A DNA stretch of 64,000 bases, taken from Adineta vaga (taxonomy: Eukaryota > Animalia > Rotifera). The position numbers were made by a program, and so were the translations under genes. The notes beneath the pieces are model-generated. The model was not told the DNA's origin. It ran no database searches and saw only the letters and a program-made list of their open reading frames with translations. This document shows, one piece after another, positions 26,804-39,500 of this stretch. Every line of letters begins with the position of its first letter. Position 1 is the stretch's first letter. Location: assembly GCA_021613535.1 (NCBI GenBank), contig CP075492.1, forward strand, positions 186,001 through 250,000. Direction: 5' to 3'.

Positions 26804-27869
26804 TTACGCACCAAGCTTCATAGTTTCCGTCACTTTTATTTGTACGGCACTAACTTTATTCTCCAGTTGTTTGAATTCAGTTATTTGACTTGCGCTATCT
26901 TTCTCAATGGCTTGCAACTTGGCTATGATCGTCGAACGCTCATGTTCTTTGTTGAGTAAATCCATTTTGTAAATGGCAAGCTTCTGTTGGTTAGCTAATG
27001 GTGAATTCAACTCGGCACTAATGTTCGATTTTAATTCGTCCATGGAGTCTTGAATCTCTTCTGCTTCAATCTGGAGTTTTCTCGCTTCTTTTTCATTTTT
27101 CTTGAGCTTGTGAATGTGTTCAGCGAGCTCTTTGACGTGTGTTTTAAGATCATCTGCCACTGTGCTCAACATTCGAATGTCTCCCGCTACAAGTGCATTC
27201 TTGGCATTGTTTGTTGTGTTCTGAGATTTATTTTGAATTTCCGCGCTTTTTTTCTTCAAATCTTCTGCACCTCGTTCAAGTTTTTGCATGTTACTCATAA
27301 GTTCTTGGATGTTCAAATTAATATTAGCCGCACTTGTGATGATCTCCTTATCTTTTGCCATAACTGCCTGTAGATTTTGTACCAAATTGGTAATTTCTTC
27401 ATGACTTCGGGCAACTCGAATTCCAAAATTAGCAAATATTTTTTTCAGTTGTTCTACGTTTGTTCCACAAACATCATAAACAGTAACTTGATGATTACGG
27501 TTCTTGATTTGGTCGAAGCGATTCGTGAACGAAACATAGTCGTAGTTGTCTTCTCCATCTGTTAGGATGTAGACATATTTATTCGTATGCGCACTCATCC
27601 ATGCATATAATTTCTCCAGCATCAAAGTAATCGATGTCCCCGAATTACAATCAAATGCGGGTAATGATCGAACTACTCCTTTTTCTTGTACGTCGCTTCC
27701 GAAAAGCCATAATTCGTAGGAATCCGTAAATTTCGAACATGCCTATGAAGATTCTTTTTCCAGTCTTGCCTTCTTTGAAAAAAAGGAGTTCTCTTACCTC
27801 GCGGCATTTATTGTATCGATCACCTGCCATTGAGCCCGAATAATCGAAGATGACTAATGATTGTGCCAT
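26804..27869 (-). CDS. VWA domain + long coiled-coil protein, ~336 aa; intron 27743..27797
   Basis: Spliced MAQSLVIFDYSGSM...CRE|ACSKF...GTS...YILTDGEDN gives an intact MIDAS (DxSxS, T, D), followed by a heptad-rich tail. Confidence 0.85.
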
Positions 27870-27970
27870 ACCACAAATTCTCACAGTAATTGGTTGTCGT
27901 AAATGAACGTCACAATGAATTGTATAATTGTCAACTGTAGTAAAATGAAAATTTAAACATCACACTCCGG

Positions 27971-27978
27971 TTTATATA
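27971..27978 (-). promoter_or_regulatory. Candidate TATA box of the VWA gene
   Basis: CCTATATAAACC on the minus strand ~100 nt upstream of the ATG. Confidence 0.4.
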
Positions 27979-29399
27979 GGCACCGTACTGCTTTGCTATA
28001 ATAAGAATTTACCCAGATTTAGAGTCATTGGGATTTTACAATAATTTCGTCAAAATAAACCATCATTTCATCGAGTGACGAAATGTCGACGCGTAATGTA
28101 AACATAAAAACATGCTTTCTTTCATCCAAATGCAGTGAGCTTTTTCGTTCTGTGGGAACAAACTATTTTGTCAATCAGCACTTATGACAAGTGAAATGAA
28201 ATTAACCAGCGTTAAAGATGAGTGTTACATTTTTTTCTACTTCAAACAATAATAAATAAAAGTACTCTCAGACAGAAAATGACATACGAAATTGAAAAAG
28301 GATTTCGAGATCGAAGATGGTGAGAGTGTTAGATAAATGAGCATAATAACCTGTTTTATCGCCTGCGAACATTCCTATTTATATGATTGTCATGAACGAT
28401 TGAAGGATAGCAATTGATAGTTGATTAGAAATTGTATGGATTGTTAATAAAATAAAATACATTACAGACAAAAGTAATGTACAATAATTGTTATTGATCA
28501 TTTATCGGTTTTAAAGTTTGATATGAAATGTTCAAATACCAACTTGATAAAATTCATTGTAATCTAAATAAAATATCGTGAATTTGAGTTGATTTTTTAG
28601 GTTTGGATATTGTTCGTTTTGTTTATCGAGAATTGTTGTCAAAGCTGTTTCAATCCACGCGGATGTTAATAAAAGATTCTGTCTTGATTGTAGTATTCTC
28701 GAGCGTGTGGATGTGGATGAAACAAAGACACCCTCACCCTCATTGGAAATCCGAAATAGGGATAATTCTAGCTAGATTATTGAATATTAAGCCAATAGTG
28801 TATTCTCAGTCAGGTGTGTTAGAATTCGGTTATGCCAATAAGCAATATACCAGCTTGAGAGGTGAATTTAGTTGAAAAGTGTTACTTACTAATATAGATG
28901 AATTTCTAGAGTAGAAAACGGTGAATGAAATTTGCAGAGAATAAAGAGTACTCGATTTCTAGGATTTTTATTACATTTTCCCCAATAAAGAAGCAAAATG
29001 TGTTTGTAATCTGTGTTTAAAAGATTATTCGTTTCAAAGAGTCGATCCATTACAGTGCATCGTATATACAACTTTCCGATTATGTCCAGTGTGTACCAGG
29101 ATCTGGTTGAAAGCGATCAGATTCTGAAATCAGATCTGACCGGTTCTGCATATATGAATTTGACCGAAACTTGAGGGATCCGATTTACGGATATGGAGGG
29201 TAAAAAACGGGAAGGGTCGGAATTCGACAATATATAACCGACGGAACTCAATGAGTTTTATTTCAACGGATTTAGTACGCGCCCGACAGGATTCGATGTA
29301 CCCATTTCGACCTGGGAAGGCGAAAGAACCTCATGCGCATACCCTAGCTGACAAGACAGTCGAAAGAACGCGTTTAAACACTATATAACTTTATCGCGT

Positions 29400-30328
29400 T
29401 TTACGGTATCAATCGGCGTTCCCGACTGCTACCAAAAAACGGAAAAAAAGAAAAGTATTTAAACGGAAAATATTTTCTTTACAGTTGGTTATTTGACGAG
29501 TTCACATAAAAAAAACTTTGCATTCAATTTATGTCAAAAATACAGATGTGCAGACGCCTATTTTTTCTAAACGTACCTGATCTGTAATTAGGGCTTACCC
29601 GCTCTTCGCCAATAAGACTTTCGCCAATAGGACATTCGCCATTGGCGAAAGTCCACTGTAATTTCGTCAATACATCTCATGGACTTTCGACAGTTGGCGA
29701 GATTCCAGTGTATTTTCGCCAACACATCTCATAGAGTTTCGCCAGTTGGTGAGAATCCACTGTACTTTCGCCAACATATTACGGGACTTTCGCCATCAAC
29801 GAAAGTTTCTTGAACTCTCATCATCAAATACGCAGAAATAATCTTTATTAACTAGTCATATAGATGGACACGACAAAATATGTCAGGCAGCTGAAACCTT
29901 AACACATAATGATTCCCGTCCTTCTATTAGGAATGACGGTATGAACACAGTAACCCTTTTTATCAACTGGCGAATATAAAATGACTCTCGTTCATGGGCG
30001 AATGTCCACTGTAATTTCGCCAATATAACTTATGGAATTTCGTCAATTGGCGAGAGTCCATTGCACTTTCGCCAACGTATTACGTGACTTTCGTCATTGG
30101 CGAATATCCAGTTGGCGAAAGTCTTATTGGCGAAATTCGGGAATCCCGTAATTAGAAACCAAAGTATAACCGAAATTCGATCAATAAACTAAGCCGTGAA
30201 AGCGGTTATTTTTAACACCCTTGGTAGTTTTGTAAGATTACACACTGTATTATAATAAACGCGTCTCTGTATATTTTTTGGGAACTTTTTTCGGTCACAG
30301 TCGGGAACGCCGACTATGACCGTAACGC
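29400..30328. mobile_element. Outer MITE hosting a nested element
   Basis: ttacggtatcaatcggcgttcccgactg versus cagtcgggaacgccgactatgaccgtaa. Confidence 0.7.
29591..30147. mobile_element. Nested MITE with TTCGCCAA/TTGGCGAA-rich repeats and a GTAATTA(G) TSD
   Basis: gtaatta|GGGCTTACCCG...ttcgccaataagactttcgccaa versus ttggcgaaagtcttattggcgaa...CGGGAATCCC|gtaatta. Confidence 0.8.
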
Positions 30329-31064
30329 AGTTAGTAAACTAAAACGTGAAAACATGTATTATTATTATCACATAAATGCTTCGAATAATAATTATTATAG
30401 GATTTTTGCAACCTCAATCTTTAAAGGTTTTCGCCCGTATAACTGAAACTGTTTTCTCCATGTCTTACGTTAGCCGAGCACGCGGCAAAAAGTACTATTT
30501 CTTTTAGATGTAAAAACGCTATAAAGGCGTGACAATCGGGTGTGAACAAGTACACAATAAGCATGAAATTAAACGAATGTTTTTCGCATAAATCTTCTTT
30601 TTCATTCGTTTTACATGCATAACTCTTCTGATTTTTCTGTCGTTTGAATGCTCTGCACTGTAAAAAAAACAGTTTTACCGAACCAAAAAAGGATCTTTCT
30701 ACCGATAAAAGGGCTGATCGATGTATTGGTTTAGTAGAGAAAAGGTTCCATATAGAACCTCAGTAGAAAAATTCAGCACAAACGTTCCCTGCCATACCTG
30801 CCGTGCAGAACATTCAGAATCTATCTGAAAAAAGATTTCGCGCTAACCCATAGTTACGAAACCTTCTCTGCGGCGATCTTCCTTTTGGTTTAATGCGACA
30901 CATTTTTTAGCAATCATACTCCTGGCACCGTATTCAGCCAATTCAGATCATAACCTTGAAACGTTTATTTCAACGGTCCACTTACACCTTCATAAAAAAG
31001 GTTGATATTCTGGCAGTTGAGTGGGTATTGTGAATTCCAGTGAATCCATCGGCACTGGTTCTAA

Positions 31065-33282
31065 CCCTTTCACTCCCGGTGGGATATATATTTCCCACCT
31101 AGTGAGAATTTATATTTCTCAAAGAATTTCGAAATTATTCGAGGTTTTTAAGATTTAGAAGGAATATTTTCATCTTTTATTCGTAGTTAGGATATATTTT
31201 GGAAGGATTGCATAGATATTTTATGAATCTAATAACGTAGTTTGTCGTGTTTCTTTGATTTCACGCGGTTTTACTAAATATTCTATAGTTTATACATGGA
31301 AACAGTTATTCTATTCGTTGTTTTCGTGATAAAAGAATATACTATCACTATGCCATACTACAGCGACCTCTATAAATTACACTTTATGAATATCAGTAAT
31401 TGGATAATTCTATTCGCAAATAAAACCAGCGGTGTAATATCCGAGCTTTGAATATTCTCAAAAACCTAACTGTTTTCTCAAGTATAATGGATTCAGATTC
31501 TGATGAAAGATTTTCCGATGGAAATGAAAGTGAGCTTGGTTCTGAAGAGCTTGAAAATAGTAGTTCTGATGATAATGAATCATTAATCGACGAGCTCGAT
31601 CAAATTCCAGTAACAGATTGGAAATGGAAAGGTGATCACTCAAACTTTTCTACCAGTTTCAATTATTTTCATGGACATGCATTAGGAAATCAATCAATTC
31701 AACCAATAGATTCATTTTTCAAGTTTATGTCGCAAGATTTGATCAAGTTATTTGTCGACCAGACGAACATTTATGGAAAGCAACGTTGTGTTGCAAAAGG
31801 TGAAGATGAAACGAAATGGAAAGAAATTGATGAAAATGAAATACATGCATTTCTTGGCATATTATTGATTATGGGATTTCACAAGTTACCAAGAATAGAA
31901 GATTATTGGAGTAAAGATAAAAATTTGTTTACACCAGCTGTTGCTGATACAATGACAAGAGACGAATTTCAACGACTTTTTTCCAACATTCATCTTGCTG
32001 ATAATTCGAAAATGCCATCGAAAAACTCTTCTAACTATGATAAAATGTATAAAGTAAATGATTTTCTTAATATTTTGAAAAGAAATTTCCAGAGAAACTA
32101 TTCACTTGGATCATGCATTTCCATCGATGAGGCGATGATAAAGTTCAAGGGTAGATCTAGTATAAAACAGTACCAGCCAATGAAACCAACTAAGAGAGGA
32201 TATAAGGTATGGGTCTTAGCAGAATCGAGTACGGGGTATGTCTATAACTTTGAAATTTATACAGGAAAGACTACTGAACGATATTTGTCATTAGGAGAGC
32301 ATGTAGTTTTATCGTTGATAGATGGAATAGATTTGAAGAATCGTCAATTATTTTTTGATAATTATTTTACCTCTTTAGTGTTACTTTACAAGCTAAGAAA
32401 AAAAAATATATCAGCTACCGGTACAATTCGATCCAATAGAAAATATTTCCCAATTGAACTGAAAAAAAATGATACATTGGAGAGAGGAGATTTTCGGTTC
32501 CTATCAGCAAACGGAATATCTGTGATAAAATGGATGGATAAGAAAGAAGTTCTAGTCGCATCAAATTACTTTGATCCAAAAGAATCAAGTGAAGTTACTC
32601 GACGCTGTAAGGATGGTAGTAGACAAAAAATTTCTTCTCCATTAGCAATTGTTGAATACAATAAAAACATGGGAGGAGTCGATCTATCAGATCAAAAAAT
32701 AAAGTATTATACAATTGATCGAAAGTCGAAAAGAAATTGGATGAGAATATTTTTTCATTTTCTTGGTACATCAATAGTGAATTCATTTATCTATTATAAA
32801 GATCTTTGTGGTAGTAGTAATATTAGTACAGTAAATTATATATCGTGTATTAGCACTGCATTAATAGGTAACTATTGCGGTAGAAAAAGAATAGGAAGAC
32901 CTTCGGCAAGGAATAGTCAAAAGAGAATTCGCATCGAGGAAAGCAGTAGTGATTTGGAAGATTCTGAAAAAGTACGATTGTCAGGTCATTTGCCAGATGT
33001 TATTCCAACTTACCGTAGATGCGCTTATTGTAGTACAAAAGAAAAAGAAAAAAGAACGAATGTAATATGCATTTTTTGTGGTGTTTGTCTTTGTGTGAAA
33101 AAATGTTTTTCTTTGTATCATCAAAACTTTGTGTATCAACAATAAACTAAACACACGCGTACTCAAAAAAAAACACAGTTTTTGCTATAACTTCACCAGC
33201 AGTACCAGAATACTGCTGAGTCACTTACTACCATGTTTCTTCAAACATAAATCACATAAAAAAAAGTCAGGAGTCAAAGGGT
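31065..33282 (+). mobile_element. Full-length piggyBac transposon
   Basis: CTAA|CCCTTTCACTCCCG ... CAGGAGTCAAAGGG|TTAA enclosing the transposase. Confidence 0.93.
31487..33145 (+). CDS. piggyBac transposase (PGBD4-like), 552 aa, intact
   Basis: Acidic N-terminus, SIDEAMI, KPTKRGYK, FFDNYFTS, GTIRSNR, YNKNMGGVDLSDQ, C-terminal CxxC..CxxC..CLC..CF..YH. Confidence 0.95.
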   Translation: MDSDSDERFSDGNESELGSEELENSSSDDNESLIDELDQIPVTDWKWKGDHSNFSTSFNYFHGHALGNQSIQPIDSFFKFMSQDLIKLFVDQTNIYGKQRCVAKGEDETKWKEIDENEIHAFLGILLIMGFHKLPRIEDYWSKDKNLFTPAVADTMTRDEFQRLFSNIHLADNSKMPSKNSSNYDKMYKVNDFLNILKRNFQRNYSLGSCISIDEAMIKFKGRSSIKQYQPMKPTKRGYKVWVLAESSTGYVYNFEIYTGKTTERYLSLGEHVVLSLIDGIDLKNRQLFFDNYFTSLVLLYKLRKKNISATGTIRSNRKYFPIELKKNDTLERGDFRFLSANGISVIKWMDKKEVLVASNYFDPKESSEVTRRCKDGSRQKISSPLAIVEYNKNMGGVDLSDQKIKYYTIDRKSKRNWMRIFFHFLGTSIVNSFIYYKDLCGSSNISTVNYISCISTALIGNYCGRKRIGRPSARNSQKRIRIEESSSDLEDSEKVRLSGHLPDVIPTYRRCAYCSTKEKEKRTNVICIFCGVCLCVKKCFSLYHQNFVYQQ

Positions 33283-34083
33283 TAAAATGGAAGAAAAAGA
33301 TTTTTTTTCGTTTTAGTTTGAAGATCGATTTTTCACCAGCGGCACATGCGTGACATTTAGCGATTGGATGTTTTTTCTGGACAATTACGAATAGATTACA
33401 TTAAATTGTCTTCTTATTAAAGATATACAAGTGTTGATTGATCTATTCAGATGTATTAGATAGATATCTTGTTTTTCTGCTAAAGTTACATCGTGAAGGG
33501 AGCCAACGGTATGAATCGATTATTCATTAAGTTTCTCTTCGGTGAATACTCAAAGATTCTAGAAACTGAAACTAGTTTAATAAGACCTATTCGTACAAAT
33601 GTGAACCATAAAATAATCAATGGACACATACACATATAAAACCGTTCCTTAGTCGCATACAGAAAAAAACAGATTCGAACCATAGTATTGATTTCATGTA
33701 GTGTGAAACAGCACGTGTCGAGTATGACCGAGATTTGACTTCCTTAAACTCAATTCTAACCAATTCTATAGGTCTACTTTAAGATATTTCTGCGTACGAT
33801 AACTTTGACGAAGCCTTCGATTTTCCGGTACATATATATGTGACGATTTTTGATGGAAGAGATGTATGCGCTGATGGAACTACGCCTTTATTAATTTCTT
33901 CCTCGTAAATCGCATCGTTCTGATACAAAACACGCGTTTATATACTCGTCCATACACAAGAGAACGCAAGAAAATATCATATCAAAGTACATCAGAATGT
34001 ACAGAAATAAGGATAATCCATTAGATGAGAAAAACCGTATCACGCGTACAGCGCATGTCAGAGAGATTGTCACAATATACTGT

Positions 34084-34320
34084 TACCCCGCCGCACCCTC
34101 CGCACACCCTCATCTAGCTATTACCCCGCCGCACCCTCAGTACACCCTCAAGTTGCTTGAAAAGTTTCAATTGAAATTCTTTTTTCAATTGAAAATATTT
34201 TTTTCAATTGAAGATTTCAATTGAAGTAATTCTTATAGAAAATCTCATTTGAAACTTGAATTGAAAAGTTTCAATTGAAATTTTTAGTTTCAATTGAAAA
34301 TATTTTTTTCAGTTGAATCT
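34084..34320. repeat. TTTCAATTGAAA palindrome-rich repeat preceded by a duplicated ttaccccgccgcaccctc
   Basis: Multiple TTCAATTGAA units visible. Confidence 0.6.
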
Positions 34321-34574
34321 AAACTTCAAGCTCGACATGTATGTATAATAGTGCAGCATGCTTAAATATAGAAATAAGAATAACATCAATTGAAACTTAT
34401 AAAACGAGGTTTCCGATACCTTTGATGTTTTCAAAAACACATTGAGTTACTACATTATCGCGTCATCATTAAAATTGCCATTAAACTTCTAATGTGCGCG
34501 CATATAAAATCAACTATCGGTGACATTGTTATAAACGAGATATATAAGTCATATGATCAAATAAAAAATCTTCG

Positions 34575-34750
34575 ATTTACTTTACATAAGTAAATAGTAA
34601 ATAACATTATTTACTTTACAGTAGTAAATGTAAATGAATTATTTACTTTACAGTAGTAAATGTAAATGAATTATTTACTTTACAAAAGTAAATGGTAAAT
34701 ATTTTATTTACCATTTACTGGTAACGTAAAAGTAAAGTGCCACCCCTAGT
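34575..34750. repeat. 32-bp tandem repeat (ttatttactttacagtagtaaatgtaaatgaa), probably a MITE subterminal array
   Basis: Two exact and several degenerate copies, ending in gtgccacccta-like sequence. Confidence 0.65.
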
Positions 34751-34754
34751 ATTT

Positions 34755-35710
34755 ACGATGCATTCGATAAAGCAACTGCCGGAGATATCGGTGAACAATA
34801 TTTATATTTACCCGGAATATCAGCCGGTTGCTTTCCAGTCGATTCGATTCTTGTTTCGATACTTGAATGTTTCTACAATGAAACTTGTCTAAACCAACTC
34901 ATTACGTTTTTTCGTACGAACGAAACATTTCGAGTTCTCAATTCAACATTAAACACACCGAATACGACAGTTCAAACAATGATCGATAATGTGATGATTG
35001 AAGATTGGATTAGCAAGATTTCTTAGGAGAAATATTATTCGGAATGTTCACCCTCGTTGTGTACTTTTTTCGGAATGTCTCGACGAGCTTTTCTGGATGT
35101 TTTAATTAAATTGATTAGTTTATTGGTGACTTTAGTACTTATTCTTCGTTTGATATTTTCATTTCTAATTCGACGATCACTGAATACAACACCACGACTA
35201 AAACTATCTTATGAGTCGAAAAGATTTTCTTTGAAGATTTTTGTTATTCAGCATGTTTTTCAGTGTGGTCATCTACTTCGATTGGAAGCGTCATGTCACA
35301 GACTATTAAGTAAATTCAATATGTTCGAACGGAATTCGAGTACTGATCGACAAATACGAAATCAACGTTATGCAACTCAACTTTATCTCATTTTAATTTT
35401 CACTTCAATGATCACCATGGCTTTCTATCATATCACCGAAACACCAATTCAATCGAAAACTCTTCTCAATCCAGCTGAATCAGAATACATTGAACTTGAA
35501 CAACAATATTTTCATACAGTTTCATGTCCATGTTCTTCAATTTCGATGCCTTATTTAACATTTACTCAAATTCAAGTTCAATATCACCAAATATGTTCGA
35601 GTTTATGGAGCTCAATGAACTGGATTCAATATATCCGAGCAAGTGCATTCGAAGCAGTTTCTTTAGAGCCTACAGATTTCCGAATACACGATCCTAGTCA
35701 CTTCAGTTGA
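34755..35710 (+). pseudogene. Fragment of the Cys-rich 2-TM repeat family spanning the junction of two units
   Basis: LPGISAGCFPVDSILVSILECFYNETC...S*EKYYSECSPSLC, then NMFE...YATQLY...SCPCS...YHQICSS...DFR. Contains a stop and is truncated at both ends. Confidence 0.7.
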
Positions 35711-36075
35711 GGGTGAAGGTGAGGGCTGAACATAACAAATCCACATATATTCCTCAGCTCCCCAAGACACATAGACATGGGTATCGAGCTGGATACGCCA
35801 AATCAACTGCATACCGTAACGCAGGGAATTGGTTGCTTTTGGATGAATACCGGGTGTAACGAGATTATGACATCACTCTGAAGGATGACTCAGTGTAGAA
35901 ATTAATGGTATTAAAACATTATTTTGGTAAGGTGGCATATTTAGGGCCTTATCGCGCGGGGTCCCTTGTTTTCAAACCTATGAGAAAAATAAGACCCATC
36001 CTCAAAAAACATTTCCCAGGATATGTTACTGTCTTTTTTGAATGAAAATGTTCGTGGAGATTATTATGTATTGAC

Positions 36076-36175
36076 CAGAGATGGGCAACTCCGTGTACAA
36101 AGTCGAAAGGCTCACTCCAACTCCAACTCTAACTCCGACTAAAAGGAGCAACGGAGTTCGAGTTGCTCATCTCTG
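36076..36175. mobile_element. 100-bp hAT-type MITE, nested near the 3' end of a Helentron-like remnant
   Basis: TIR CAGAGATGGGCAACTC / GAGTTGCTCATCTCTG, 8-bp TSD gtattgac/gtactgac. The following aagcgagtcagcctcgacgagcgtta matches 47879ff. Confidence 0.8.
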
Positions 36176-36511
36176 GTACTGACTTGGATATTCGGCCGAT
36201 GGTCAAGCGAGTCAGCCTCGACGAGCGTTATTTTGGTATTAGAATAGCCAAAACTCAAGTAATACGTTTCTATTTTTCTTTTATTTGATATGTTGATTCT
36301 TTTATTTACCTTGACTCACATCAAACACATAGAGTGGGAAAAAAGCAAAAAGTGAGATAAAAATCGACCAGTGTAATACCATAGTAATAGAAAAGATAAG
36401 TTGTTTATCACTATATGTCAATAGATTTAAGGCAAAACGAAATATAAGCCAATGATAAGCGATACTATGTATTAAAATATATTTCTTTTGATAGAAGCTG
36501 AAAGCAAATAA

Positions 36512-39500
36512 TCAATGAATCGATAAAATGCGAACGTTACGAAAACAAAAGCGATGCTTAAAATATTGTAAGATAGTGATAAGATAAGGAACAAGAAATC
36601 GAATTACAGTTGATAAACCAGCAAATATACTCAAAAATGTCGTTAATAATTCCAGTGCATTAAATTGATAATAATACGTGTACGTACAATAATTCGAAGA
36701 ACAACTATTGTAAAATTTGTCATAAGATATATTACTTATCCATGATTCAATAAACATTTCATATGCTAACTTTTCAATTGTATCATTGACATTGAATCGT
36801 GTCAATGAATCATTTAATAATTCATTTCTCAAATGTTCAGAAGTTATTGCATCTAATGCATCTCGAACATCAGAAACACATGTTGAAGAATAGAAACATG
36901 ATAATGATGAAAGTAAAATTGTTTCTAATAAATGACAACTAAATATCAAACCTTGAACAATAGTTGATTGATCGTTTTCATCGATTATTTCGGCTGGTGT
37001 CGAACATGTTCGTAGAGTAGAACATGAACAACTTATATTTTGTTTTATATCATCATAAATAACAGATTTAGTGATAAATAAACTATTTGATTCTATATCA
37101 TCTTCAGTTTTGATTATATCCCAATTAGATGAAAATGTTCCTAATAGAGAATTTCCTTGTATAATCATACGTATAAGATCTAATGTTTGTGTAAAACTAA
37201 TTGATACTCTTTGTTGAAATTGATTTATCGTTTGATTTATTTCATTGATAAATTGTACAGAAGGCTGTAATTGATTAGTCAATAAAGTTGATGAAAGGAA
37301 ACTTTTAATGCTATTATTAATAGTATCTTTTGATAATGAGCATAGTGATGCTAAAAACTCGGTAAAGAATGGTTTCCATAACTGGAAACTTCTTCCAGTA
37401 TAAAACTCGGTAACTTTATCGTCGTCCAAATCTAAAACGGCAAAGAAGATATGTCTCACATTTTCTAATCAAAAATTTTATTACTAGAATTGAGAATTAT
37501 CCAAATTTTATCTGTTGTACAAACTTCATGAAATTTATCCACTCGTAATTCACTAATAAATTCGCTATATGGAGTGGAAATCCGTGTACAAGGACAACTA
37601 ATATCATCTGCTTGAAGATCTACCAATAACTGTTCATAATCCATCGTCGAAGATATAGGATGCATTTTAGTTATACTACGTTCAACAACAGCTGTGTAAA
37701 ACAATAAAATACTAAGGGAAGTGAAATAAAGAATTAAATAAGTTCGAGTATAGATTAGTTGTTGATGAATTGATCGCTCATCAGTTGATTCAGTTGTAAA
37801 TAAATTCAGAGTTTTTATTGATTGATAAATGTTAAGGAAAATAGAATTATCACGTCGACGATGACGTTCTTTCCACCAATTAATACAGGAAAAGAAAAGT
37901 TTACCAAACAATGGTAGAATTAATCGAAAACCTTTGTTTAAACCACCACATATGGCAATAAGTAGAAATAATGATGCTAAAAGATTTCGTCGTTGTAGTT
38001 TTAAATATGTACAAGTTATAGGTGCACATTTATTATAAAATTGTTCAAAATTAGTATCATTATTTATTGTTATTTCTGAAAACATTTCTTGAATTAAATT
38101 ATCTGTTATAACATCATTAAATCGACTGAGGATTGATGTATTAAGTGCTTTTATATTTGGTGTAGATTGAGATTTAATAGCGATTGAATAAGTTTCTTTA
38201 ATATATTGAAAATATGTAATGTTATACCACCATCCAATCTTCGATTTTCGAAAACCATCTAAGGGTGTACAACCGATTTTGATGATTTCGAAAAGTATTT
38301 TTGGTGGAAATTGACCCAAGTATGATTCATTTAAGTACAACAAAGGTATAAGATGACACTGTCCATCAGCAGATATACATGAGCACGCACCTTCAGCAGT
38401 GATTTCGTTCTCAGAAAAACTCGAATACGTTGGATATGTAGGGAATATAATATCAAGTTGGTTATCATTCGTTTCAGTAATCTCCAAAATGACATTTGCT
38501 CCATTTAAAAATTGACTGGTATGGAACATGATATTAACCCAATCAATCGTACGTGCAAAATTATCTCGTGTTGTATTGATAAATAAATCGATTATTGCTT
38601 GGGTTTTCTGAAGAAAAACTGATGGAGGAAGAACATCAGCATTGATAAATTGAGTATTAATAAAATTATGTTGTGCATCATCAATATTCATTCGAGCCAT
38701 TGAACAAAAAGTTGATAAAAGTTGAAAATAAGAAGAACCTATTATTCGAAAGTCACGAGTACCCTCAAGGTCATTGTCTATTTCTGGCATGAATTTTGAA
38801 TCTAATCTTGTCAAGTAGTTTAACCATTCAGCTGAAATTAAATCACTTGAACATACTTGATGTAAAATAAATGTTACATTAAGAAATGATTTATATGGAA
38901 TAGATATTTGTGAACAAGGACATTGTAACGTTATTGAATGATCATCATATAATTGTAAATAAATAGGAAGAGATGGATGTTCAACGATTATTAACTGATT
39001 TTCTTCACTAACAAAAATATAAAGTCCAACAGCAATCGAAGAAATAATCATAAGAAGAATAAATATTCTCGTGAATAATCGTTCACGATAGATATGATGC
39101 GGATTACGTGGTGCTGAACTTTCAAAAAGATTCAAAGATAGCACTTGTACTTTGATATATGGAGGTAAAGATCGAATACGGAGCCATACAATGCGACCTA
39201 CAAATGTATTCAGATCTTGGAATGATATGTCATTAAGAGAATGAAATACAACATACCTCGAGTCTGACGTTGTGGTTCTATTTGTGATGCGATCGTAGTA
39301 GGTAAGACATGATTTTTTCTACGTAAGATAATTACTGCAATTAAAGGTGCTAATAATTTGGTTCCAAATGATAAACCACCAAAAACACCAATTATTGTTG
39401 TAAAAACAAAAATAATATGAAAACGACGTGTATATGAATATGAACAATGTTTCGGATTACATTGAGAATAATATAAATCAAAGTAAGTATTAATAATCAG

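Noticed and set aside
29600-30135. CRISPR-like repeats with apparent spacers
   Set aside because: The intervening sequences are themselves repeated and lie inside a TIR/TSD-bounded MITE.
30656-31060. CACTG-start (CMC/Transib-like) element hosting the piggyBac
   Set aside because: The left end CACTGTAAAAA is suggestive, but no matching right TIR was found.
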